Shown in pieces: positions 19,305-26,780 of a DNA stretch of 64,000 nt. Within the stretch, counting starts at the first letter, position 1, and each line of letters starts with the position of its first letter. The notes below the pieces were generated by a model, which did no database searches, had not been told where the DNA came from, and saw only the letters and a program-made list of their open reading frames with translations. The translations under genes were made by a program, and so were the position numbers. The stretch covers positions 17,298 to 81,297 of the forward strand of contig CAZUNO010000011.1 in NCBI GenBank assembly GCA_964621445.1, given 5' to 3'. This DNA is from Candidatus Hadarchaeota archaeon (GTDB lineage Archaea > CAYQAE01 > CAYVLA01).

Positions 19305-20459
19305 CTAGAGGCCCAGGGAAGTGCTGATAACTCTATTCTCCCTGCTCTGCAGGGATCGTCGGCAGCCCTCCATGGTACTCTCGCGAGCGGTTACCGTGCA
19401 CAGCGGGGATCCGGCTTTCACCCTAGTTCCGGGCCTGGGCCTGTCCTTGACGAAGGGGAGGAACAGGGAGCTTGAGGCCACGAGGTCGGCGGGCGCGTAG
19501 ACCACCTTGCGGCCCCAGAACCCCGGGGCCCTTTCACCCTTCCTGGGGAGTCCCTGTCCCCTGCAGGCCCTGACGTGGAGGTCGAAAACGCTGAGACCAG
19601 AGGCCCCCTCTACCACCTCCAGGCTGCCCTGAATCCTGGGGTTTACCTCAAGCAGGTAGGGGTGGTCATCCCTTATTGCGAAATCTATGCCGTTACAGCC
19701 GACAAGCTCGTACTCGCGGGCCACCAGGCGGGCCGCACCCAGCATCTCCTCCTCAACCGAATTTGGGACATCGAGCGGGGCTATATTGCCGCCGTACCTG
19801 AACCCGCAGGTGGAGCTGCCGACGAGCTGTCTGGTGGTGCTCAGCGGCAGGAACTGGTCCCCATTACACACGAAGGAGAGGGAGGCCGGGATCCCGGGAA
19901 CCAATCTCTGGACGAGCGCTGGCCTGTCCCGCCACCTGTTGAGAAGCCCTGGTGAGCCCATTACCTGGTCCAGCCTCGCTATGCCGTGTCCCCCGCCTGA
20001 TTTCAGCGGCTTGACCAGGAATTCTCCCTCTTCCGTGAATCCGGGGTCCAGGTCCCCCAGGCGGTCCACTACGCGGGTCGGAGGAAAACTGATTTTCTCG
20101 CTCGCCAGAAATTCGAACAGCTTTTCCCAGTCTCTAACCCTTCTCAGGGTCCTGGCGGAGTTGCCAAATATCGCCTTCCCATCACTGACCCAGCCTTCAA
20201 CCAGTTCGGGGTGGTTCTCGAACCCGGACCCGTACACCACCTCGGTGAAGTCCAGATCCTTGCTGCAGAGGTAGAGCTTTTCGGTTGCCGAGCCCGGGAG
20301 CGCGTGGAGATGCTGGAAATCCCTCATCAGGGAGTAGCTTGGATAGATACGGGATAGGTCGAGGTCTCCAAATATGTCCAGTACAAGGAGATTGTACCCC
20401 GTCCTGGCCGCTGATTCGGCAGCGGCACGGGCGCTGATGGTGACCAGAAGCATGGCCAT
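19305..20459 (-). CDS. ATP-grasp protein (archaeal C1-cofactor-associated type)
   Basis: ISARAAAESA, DIFGDLD, YGSGFEN, VKPLKSGGGHG, GCNGIDF, LLEVNPRIQGS. Confidence 0.85.
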   Translation of the reverse strand: MAMLLVTISARAAAESAARTGYNLLVLDIFGDLDLSRIYPSYSLMRDFQHLHALPGSATEKLYLCSKDLDFTEVVYGSGFENHPELVEGWVSDGKAIFGNSARTLRRVRDWEKLFEFLASEKISFPPTRVVDRLGDLDPGFTEEGEFLVKPLKSGGGHGIARLDQVMGSPGLLNRWRDRPALVQRLVPGIPASLSFVCNGDQFLPLSTTRQLVGSSTCGFRYGGNIAPLDVPNSVEEEMLGAARLVAREYELVGCNGIDFAIRDDHPYLLEVNPRIQGSLEVVEGASGLSVFDLHVRACRGQGLPRKGERAPGFWGRKVVYAPADLVASSSLFLPFVKDRPRPGTRVKAGSPLCTVTARESTMEGCRRSLQSRENRVISTSLGL

Positions 20460-20525
20460 TCCGCTTTTCTCTCCCTGACGGTTAGATGTTGAGAGATTTA
20501 ATAACTAGCACTCCCTTTTCCATAT

Positions 20526-20591
20526 GGGTGGATGAAGACGCCTACAGCGGAGGAGTTAACTCGATGACTGATGATGGGCGGGCCGACACCC
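20526..20591 (+). ncRNA. Box C/D sRNA; D guide predicted to target 16S rRNA C1402 (E. coli numbering)
   Basis: Terminal stem GGGUG/CACCC, C box AUGAAGA (20532-38), D box CCGA (20583-86), guide UGAUGGGCGG complementary to 16S CCGCCCGUCA with one G-U; TATA-like TTTAATAA at 20497-20504. Confidence 0.75.
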
Positions 20592-20696
20592 TTTCCCCTT
20601 TCCGGATTTCAGATTTCCACCTCGGGGGTTGGAACAGCAATTTATAAGCCATCAACATGACCTATCGACGGGAGCTGACCCTATTTCTCGGAACGG

Positions 20697-21281
20697 GTGT
20701 CTAAATTGGAAGAGGTCATGGAGCCTGAGGATAAATACGCCGTAATACGTGATGCGCTGTACCGACTGGGCGGAAGAGTTAGACATGACGTCCTGGAGGG
20801 CGAGGTCTGCGGACGAAAACATCGCTGGAGATCCGAGCCCGTGGTACTTTCCAAGCGGTCATTCAAGATATACCTGAAGATCCTAATTCTGAAGGGGCAC
20901 ATACTGAAGGACGAGGTCGAGACCCCGGTGGGGAATAACGTGTACTACGAGTTGACCTCGAAGATATCGAGGAGGATAGAGGTCCATCGGTACGCGGTGG
21001 TGGCCGGCATACTACAGGCCGGTTACCAGCTGCCACCGGTCCTGGAATCATTACGCAAGACCGCGGTATCTCTAATGGAGAGCTACCCCCATCTGGTACC
21101 CGAGCTGGGGGAGTACGGGTCCAAGAGGTATGTCACCTGGATGTCGACCCAGTGGAGCTCGGAGGCCCGGGAGACCCTAACCCAGATACTGGCCAGAAGG
21201 TACGTCCTGGTGGCCGGTGAGATGATAATTCCGCTCAAGGAACTTAATCCCGGGATGCGGGAAACCCTGATGATAGACTGA
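20697..21281 (+). CDS. Hypothetical protein, possible winged-helix N-terminus
   Basis: 194-aa ORF; SKRSFKIYLKILILKGHI...NVYYEL pattern; TTTATAA upstream near 20641. Confidence 0.6.
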   Translation: MSKLEEVMEPEDKYAVIRDALYRLGGRVRHDVLEGEVCGRKHRWRSEPVVLSKRSFKIYLKILILKGHILKDEVETPVGNNVYYELTSKISRRIEVHRYAVVAGILQAGYQLPPVLESLRKTAVSLMESYPHLVPELGEYGSKRYVTWMSTQWSSEARETLTQILARRYVLVAGEMIIPLKELNPGMRETLMID

Positions 21282-21327
21282 TTTCCGGACGGGAACCGCC
21301 CGATCGCTGCTTGATGGTCAAAGATAA

Positions 21328-22143
21328 TTGAGAACATGTGGTGCTGTGAAAGGCGAAACCAGGATCAAGGAAGTCGTGTGCAAGACGGCGTTGAGTCCCT
21401 GCGGTCTGCCGGGGTTCGATTATTCCCTGAATCCCTACCGGGGATGCGGACACGGATGCGTCTATTGCTATTCACCGGCGGTGATAAGGGAGACCAGGGA
21501 GTGGGGGACCTTCGTTGATGTCAAGGTGAACATCCCCAACGTTCTGGCAAAGGAGCTGGGGCGTAAGAGGGAGGGAATTATATGGCTGGGAAGCGTGTGT
21601 GATGCATATCAGCCAGCCGAGGAGAGGTTCGCCCTGACCAGGAAGTGCCTGAGGCAGCTGCTCAGGGTCGATTGGTCCATCTCCCTTCTCACCAAGTCCT
21701 CCCTATCTGCCCGGGACTTCGATCTGATGGCCGATTTCTCAGATTTTGATCTCGGGTACAGCATAACCTCCGACGATGATTCCCTGCGCAGGAAGATGGA
21801 GCCTGGCGCCTCCTCGGTGGATGAAAGGCTGGAAGCCATGGCCAGGGCCAGCGATAGGGGGCTCGACCCGTGGGCATTCATAGCTCCCATCATTCCCGGA
21901 AGGACCGACCGGGTCGGGGATATGGAGTCCCTTATAGAGGCCCTGGCCGATGCCGGGGTTGAGAGGGTCGGTTTTGATCCTTTCCGTTACAAGTCCAGGT
22001 GCTGGCCCAGGATGAGGGAGTTTCTGGGGGAGGGGTCGGTGGAGGATTTCAAGGAGGCCCTGAGGAGTCCGGAGCACTTCCTCTCCGTGGCGAGGACCAT
22101 TGAGCAGGAGTGCAGCAAACGGGGCATGAAGTTGGTGGCCTAG
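21328..22143 (+). CDS. Radical SAM protein, SplB/Rv2578c-like family
   Basis: NPYRGCGHGCVYCY CxxxCxxC motif, DAYQPAE, LLTKS, EPGASSVDERL. Confidence 0.9.
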   Translation: MRTCGAVKGETRIKEVVCKTALSPCGLPGFDYSLNPYRGCGHGCVYCYSPAVIRETREWGTFVDVKVNIPNVLAKELGRKREGIIWLGSVCDAYQPAEERFALTRKCLRQLLRVDWSISLLTKSSLSARDFDLMADFSDFDLGYSITSDDDSLRRKMEPGASSVDERLEAMARASDRGLDPWAFIAPIIPGRTDRVGDMESLIEALADAGVERVGFDPFRYKSRCWPRMREFLGEGSVEDFKEALRSPEHFLSVARTIEQECSKRGMKLVA

Positions 22144-22503
22144 TTGAAATCGAAACCTAATCTGGTGCTGGTAAGCAGGAACCTGCAAAGCCGCTCCTAC
22201 ATAAGGGCCCAGCTGATCGAGGAGGGCATAGAGGTGGCAGCGTTTAGATCGCTGGACGATGCCAGGCACTGGATGTTCGTGGGAGGGAGGGTACCGGACC
22301 TGGTCCTGGTGGATATCTGGAGAATGCCCCTGGAACCCGAGTTCATCAATTGGATGGAGGATTTGAGTGACCGGGCCCCGCTCCTGTTCCTCACCGGCGC
22401 TCGCCAGAGACTACCTCAGGCGATCCAGGGCCTGGGAGACGCAATCCGACGGCCGGCGAGCGTGGGACAGGTCGTGAGCAGGGTGAGGTCAACCCTGGAT
22501 TGA
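22144..22503 (+). CDS. Stand-alone receiver(-like) domain protein
   Basis: PDLVLVDIWRMP, LFLTG, RRP in place of KP; lacks the N-terminal acidic pair. Confidence 0.65.
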   Translation: MKSKPNLVLVSRNLQSRSYIRAQLIEEGIEVAAFRSLDDARHWMFVGGRVPDLVLVDIWRMPLEPEFINWMEDLSDRAPLLFLTGARQRLPQAIQGLGDAIRRPASVGQVVSRVRSTLD

Positions 22504-22609
22504 GGTGAATTGGCTCATTCAAGCCTTGGAACCCCTTTTTTATTCGGGAAAGTTACCTTTTAATCTCCACATGGAATAGCTATATTGGAGATCTCCGGGG
22601 AGCTTTTAG

Positions 22610-24280
22610 TTGTCCTCAGAACTGGAACTCGACTTCTACACCACCATGCGTGATATTGAGTCCCGGGAAGAAGACCTACGGGAGGCCGGTGAGAGGAATG
22701 AAGAGAGTCAGTCGTTTCTAGGTAGGAAATCCGGTCTTAGGACTCTTTTGGTGGCGATTTTAGCCATTCTGGTAATTGCCCTGGTTGTATACCTCCTGCA
22801 TCTGGCTGGGTTTTTCGCGGCTCCCCGGGGCCAGCTTCTTTGGCGCGGTGCTTACCGCTCGCTGTCCGACGATTACCAGGAGCTGGAATCGCTTCACGGC
22901 AATCAGTCCCGATCGCTGAGCCAGGCTCGTGAGGAAAAGGAGAAATGGGAGAATGAGGCGGAATGGTTGCGGTCGGCCCTGGAGGCCAGGGAATCAAGGC
23001 TGGATGAAATCCAGGCGGAGATCGAGATCTGCAGGGAGGAGCTGGGCCGGACCAGGGGTGAGCTGGAAAAGGCCCGGTGCGAATACCTTCGGGCAGCCGA
23101 GCTGCTGAATCGGACCAGGAGGGAAAGGGACGATTACCGGTCATTATCCTCGGTCCTGAGGCATGAACTCTGTGTAACCCGATCAAACCTAACTGCAGCC
23201 AGGCGGGAGCTTGAGATTCGCATGGCCGAGCTAGCCTCGCTCCGGGAGGAGGTGAAAGGGCTCCAAGAACAATTGGAGGCCAGCCGGGACGATAGGGACC
23301 AATGGATATCCAGACTCCACGAACTGGAACTGGAATACCAGGAGCTCATGTGCAGGCTTAAGATCTGCGAGCTCGAGGAGGCCAGGTGGAGGGACCTATA
23401 CCTCGAGGAGCTGGCCGAGCTTGAGGAGGCCCTTGAAAGATGCGGAAATCGGACCAGGTCCCTTTCCCAGGCCCTGGATGACTGCAGGTCAAGAAACCGG
23501 GAATTGAGGGCGGAAAATGAGGAGGTCCTCCTGGAGCTGGAGCGGGTAATTTCCGAGCGGGACAGGTGGAAGGAGGCCTACCGGGAGCTCAACCGGTCAT
23601 ACAGGTTGCTCCAGGAGGAGCTGGGGGCTCTCAGGGAGAGGTGTGCAAATATCAGCGCTGCCCTGGAGGAGGTCACGCGGGAGAGGGACCGGTGGGAGAA
23701 CCTGTACGGTGAATTGGAGGCGAGCTACCGGACCTGTCTCTCAAGGCTGGAATACTGGAGGAACAGGTGTGATGAGCTCATGGCTGACCTGGAGACCGTC
23801 CAGGCCGAAAACGAGGAGCTATCCGACCAGCTGGAGGAATGCAGCTCCCGGGTGAACGAGCTGGAGGCCACCTGCGACTCACTCCAGGAAGAACTTGACC
23901 AGGCCCTTTCCAGCGTCGAGTACTGGCATGGACTGTACGATGGGCTATGGAACATCACCCTCTCGCTGGAGATCGGGAACATATCGGTCCTGGACCGGGA
24001 GTGTGGAAAGCCATCAAGGATTTCGGCGGAGATAATGGCCTGCGTGAGCACCACGGAATCCCCCATGTACCTGTTTCTTGAATACTGGGCTGAACCATTG
24101 GACTGCGTCTGGGGATATGGGACCATTACCGAGGAAGTTTCCCAATGGGAATCAACGTGCAAGACCTTCAATGTCACCCTCGATTTCGGTACCGGGGTGG
24201 GACCCTACAAGGTGATATCCAAGGGCAGGCTTCAACCAATCCATGGGGCGGCGGAAGCCGAGAAGCGGGGTCCGGATTAA
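22610..24280 (+). CDS. Membrane-anchored long coiled-coil protein with C-terminal globular domain
   Basis: One N-proximal TM, roughly 370 aa of heptad repeats, many N-x-S/T sequons, beta-rich Cys-containing C-terminus. Confidence 0.8.
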   Translation: MSSELELDFYTTMRDIESREEDLREAGERNEESQSFLGRKSGLRTLLVAILAILVIALVVYLLHLAGFFAAPRGQLLWRGAYRSLSDDYQELESLHGNQSRSLSQAREEKEKWENEAEWLRSALEARESRLDEIQAEIEICREELGRTRGELEKARCEYLRAAELLNRTRRERDDYRSLSSVLRHELCVTRSNLTAARRELEIRMAELASLREEVKGLQEQLEASRDDRDQWISRLHELELEYQELMCRLKICELEEARWRDLYLEELAELEEALERCGNRTRSLSQALDDCRSRNRELRAENEEVLLELERVISERDRWKEAYRELNRSYRLLQEELGALRERCANISAALEEVTRERDRWENLYGELEASYRTCLSRLEYWRNRCDELMADLETVQAENEELSDQLEECSSRVNELEATCDSLQEELDQALSSVEYWHGLYDGLWNITLSLEIGNISVLDRECGKPSRISAEIMACVSTTESPMYLFLEYWAEPLDCVWGYGTITEEVSQWESTCKTFNVTLDFGTGVGPYKVISKGRLQPIHGAAEAEKRGPD

Positions 24281-24410
24281 CTCGGGTTCCCGGCTAGGAT
24301 GGAATTTTCATCATAAATGGCACTATTTCAACACGTTTTTGCCCCATATTCAAGTTGAATTTAGCAAATGGATACTAAATAGAGGCTAGAGCCCTTTCTT
24401 TTAGGGTTTC

Positions 24411-24430
24411 CCGATAACTTTTTAAGTTAG
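24411..24430 (+). promoter_or_regulatory. BRE/TATA promoter of the BHB-RNA precursor, overlapped by palindrome TAACTT-N3-AAGTTA
   Basis: CCGATAAC followed by TTTTTAAG (24419-26); archaeal spacing predicts a start near 24448, where the structured region begins. Confidence 0.65.
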
Positions 24431-24472
24431 AATGACATATATTCATTCCCTGTCGTGGCCGGCAGGGCAGGT

Positions 24473-24780
24473 AGGAAGCAGACAGTCACGGGAAATGGTT
24501 CGATGTCCTTTGGATGTCGAGCCGGTGACGAACGCCTCTTTCCAGGGCCTATGTCCGTGGGAAGTCGCGTTCCAAGCCACGGGATTGATCGGCTGCGATC
24601 GATTTCCCCGAAACCAGTCGAAAAAAGTGGCCTCCCGTAAAGGGTCTCGCTCCGTTGAGGTACGAGCCATCGTCGAGTATCCCTGGTACAGTGGCTTTCT
24701 CGGTGCGAGCAAAGGAGCAGGTATCCAGGTCCGAGCCTCAGAAGAGGACTGGTGACTTGCTTTACGTCGCTTCCCTGCAA
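24473..24780 (+). ncRNA. BHB-flanked structured RNA 1 (308 nt, predicted excised and circular), unknown family
   Basis: Canonical BHB: CCGGCAGG-GCAG-[GUA]-GGAAGC (24459-79) with GCUUCC-CUGC-[AAA]-CCUGCCGG (24769-89); internal G-U-containing hairpins; paralogous to RNA 2. Confidence 0.8.
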
Positions 24781-24811
24781 ACCTGCCGGTTTGACGGGCA
24801 CAGGAGCGGTA

Positions 24812-25099
24812 AGGAGACGGATGCTGCCGGGAACAAGCAACAGGTTCCGGCTTGTTGCTTGGTGGAAGTTGATGGGTGTGTGAACACGCATCGGCAATGC
24901 CGCCGGGAGCACCTTCGTACCTTCTGATGTTTCCTCAGGTGGTATGGAGAAGGCGGCAATCCGTAAAAGGATCCGCCCGTTGAGGCGGAGTCGAGCACAA
25001 ACTCCCAAGTAAGTTCGACTTCTAACGGGCGGAAGGAACGGACCTCCACGCCAAACCTCAAGAGAGGTGTGGCGGTCTGTTTTGTCCGTCTCCCCGCAA
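24812..25099 (+). ncRNA. BHB-flanked structured RNA 2 (288 nt, predicted excised and circular), unknown family
   Basis: Canonical BHB: GGA-GCGG-[UAA]-GGAGACGGAU (24803-22) with GUCCGUCUCC-CCGC-[AAU]-UCC (25084-103); 10-bp stem 24972-81/25024-33; paralogous to RNA 1. Confidence 0.8.
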
Positions 25100-25140
25100 T
25101 TCCCTATTTACACATCCCTTCTGGACTAGTTGTGGCTACA

Positions 25141-25156
25141 TTTCTTCTCATTTTTT
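25141..25156 (+). terminator. Oligo-T terminator of the ncRNA precursor
   Basis: TTTCTTCTCATTTTTT pyrimidine run, followed by a separate TATA-like TTTTTAT near 25194 for the next gene. Confidence 0.5.
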
Positions 25157-25238
25157 GATACTAATGGCGTAACACTGCGTATATTCCGGCAGGTTTTTAT
25201 CGTCCAAAAACGGTCATTATCCCTGGGTAGGTGATGAT

Positions 25239-26417
25239 TTGCCGAAATACATGTACGCGGATTCGACCGAGTTCGGTCTGCAGCGTGACTTCATAGATAT
25301 ACTCGAAAGGTTCTCGGACGCGGCGATAGAGGCCATTCCAGACCAGCGGGAAATCCTGGAGTTGAAAGAAAAGATAGCCAACAAGGAGTCGGAGAAGGAG
25401 TCCACCCTTACCAGGATAGACAAGTATGGCCAGGAGATAGATTCCTCGATAGAGGACGTGACCAGGCGTTTCGGGGCGGAGGAGTTTGGCCCGGTCCTAG
25501 AGAGGATGAAGGCAGCGGCCTCGGAATACGTCAATGACTTTCGGCAGGCCAGGCTTGAGGCCTTTGAGAAGGAGATGAGCTCCCTGAAGGACAGCCTATC
25601 CAAGAAACAGGCCAGCCTGCTCCAGGTCCTGCAGGACTTCCTGTACCATGACCCCCTGAAGATGGAGCGTCTGGTGGTCGAGGCCTCTCTGGATGGTGAA
25701 AGGTACGATTCCAGGGCCGAGACCTCCTGCCAGAACGGCGTGTTCTACGTATTCAAGCTGGACTTCTTCGACAGAAAAATGGAAGTTAAGGATCTGATAG
25801 AGAAGAAGGTGGAGATACCGGCAGCCATGAAGAAGACCATCATGGGGAAGGAAAAGAAGCCCCGGTTTATCTCCCTAGATGACTGGTGTATAGAGGACCT
25901 GAGGTACGAATCGAATGGGGAGACGGTTCTCAGAGCCACCCTGACCGGCGAGCCGGGCAAGGAGGACTCCCCTAAACTGCAGCTAACCCTGACCCCGGGG
26001 GAGGAAAGGGTTGAGTCGGTTGTGTACACGGACGAGGATGGGGATAGCCTGGACATACTGAAGGACCCCGAGCTCAGGAAGCACGTGGACGAGAACCTGG
26101 AGGAGTATGCCAAGTTCCTCCTGGGCCACTGCTTCACCCTTACCAATAGGAAGAAGGACATGGTCGATGTCCAGATGGACGACCAGGGTCTGGTGGAGAA
26201 CGACCTGGCCGAGAAGTTCATGGTAAGATGCGCAAAGGAATACGCCCCCACCGTGGCCAAGATAAGGGAGAAGGGCCTGGTGGACAAGGAGCTCAACCTG
26301 AAGGTAGAGGACGTCGAGGGCAGGAGAACTGAGCTTTATATGGATATAGAGGAATACAGGTCCAAGATGAAGGCCATCCCTCGCGGGTCAGAGATGTGTT
26401 CCATCATGGGTCTGTAG
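25239..26417 (+). CDS. Hypothetical protein (N-terminal coiled coil, acidic alpha/beta C-terminus)
   Basis: 392-aa ORF, GGTGA before TTG, host-like codon usage; no motif recognised. Confidence 0.8.
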   Translation: MPKYMYADSTEFGLQRDFIDILERFSDAAIEAIPDQREILELKEKIANKESEKESTLTRIDKYGQEIDSSIEDVTRRFGAEEFGPVLERMKAAASEYVNDFRQARLEAFEKEMSSLKDSLSKKQASLLQVLQDFLYHDPLKMERLVVEASLDGERYDSRAETSCQNGVFYVFKLDFFDRKMEVKDLIEKKVEIPAAMKKTIMGKEKKPRFISLDDWCIEDLRYESNGETVLRATLTGEPGKEDSPKLQLTLTPGEERVESVVYTDEDGDSLDILKDPELRKHVDENLEEYAKFLLGHCFTLTNRKKDMVDVQMDDQGLVENDLAEKFMVRCAKEYAPTVAKIREKGLVDKELNLKVEDVEGRRTELYMDIEEYRSKMKAIPRGSEMCSIMGL

Positions 26418-26428
26418 AGGTGCTGATC

Positions 26429-26701
26429 ATGGCATCGAGGTATTACGAGATACGTAGAAGGAAATCTCTCCAGAAGCTGGAAGAGGTGAAGTCCGAGAAG
26501 AGGTCCCTCGAGGCACTGATCGAGAACAGGAGCAAGCTTGACCAGGATGTCCAGTCCAAGTTGGAGGAAGTGGATAAGCTGATAAGCGACTCGGAAGGCC
26601 TGCACGAGAAATACGATTTCATGGAGTCCTTCAACAGGAGCAAGCGAGCCCTCAAGTTGCTCAAGGAATTGGATTACCTGGTTCTGGCCTCCAGGAAATG
26701 A
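26429..26701 (+). CDS. Small helical hypothetical protein
   Basis: GAGGTG upstream of ATG 26429; co-oriented 11 bp after the previous gene. Confidence 0.7.
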   Translation: MASRYYEIRRRKSLQKLEEVKSEKRSLEALIENRSKLDQDVQSKLEEVDKLISDSEGLHEKYDFMESFNRSKRALKLLKELDYLVLASRK

Positions 26702-26780
26702 TCAGATGGGATGATGACGGGTTTTCGTTTATTAGTGGAGGGTACAGGCAATTCCAGCGGTGACCACGGGAGATTAGGAT

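Noticed and set aside
24473-24780. Permuted tRNA-Cys (the ligated junction loop would be CUGCAAA, and GGTTCGA lies nearby)
   Set aside because: No T-stem, D-arm or acceptor stem can be built at tRNA spacing; a 7-nt loop is the default product of any BHB ligation.
24427-25061. Overlapping short ORFs in the ORF track
   Set aside because: Mutually overlapping, no motifs, atypical composition; G-U-containing stems and covariation explain the region as + strand RNA.
24473-25099. RNase P RNA or SRP RNA as the identity of the ~300-nt units
   Set aside because: Sizes fit, but I found no GAGGAA(A)GU.C / ACAGAA..GGCU P4 signature and no SRP helix 8 CAGG-stem-GGAA-stem-AGCA in the right order on either strand; two paralogous copies also argue against it. 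A highly divergent or permuted form is not fully excluded without cmscan.
24448-25100. Group I/II intron, hammerhead ribozyme or IS200/605 omega-RNA
   Set aside because: No GUGYG start or domain V, no P7 R/S consensus, no CUGAnGA plus GAAA with stem II, and no adjacent RT, TnpB or homing endonuclease gene.
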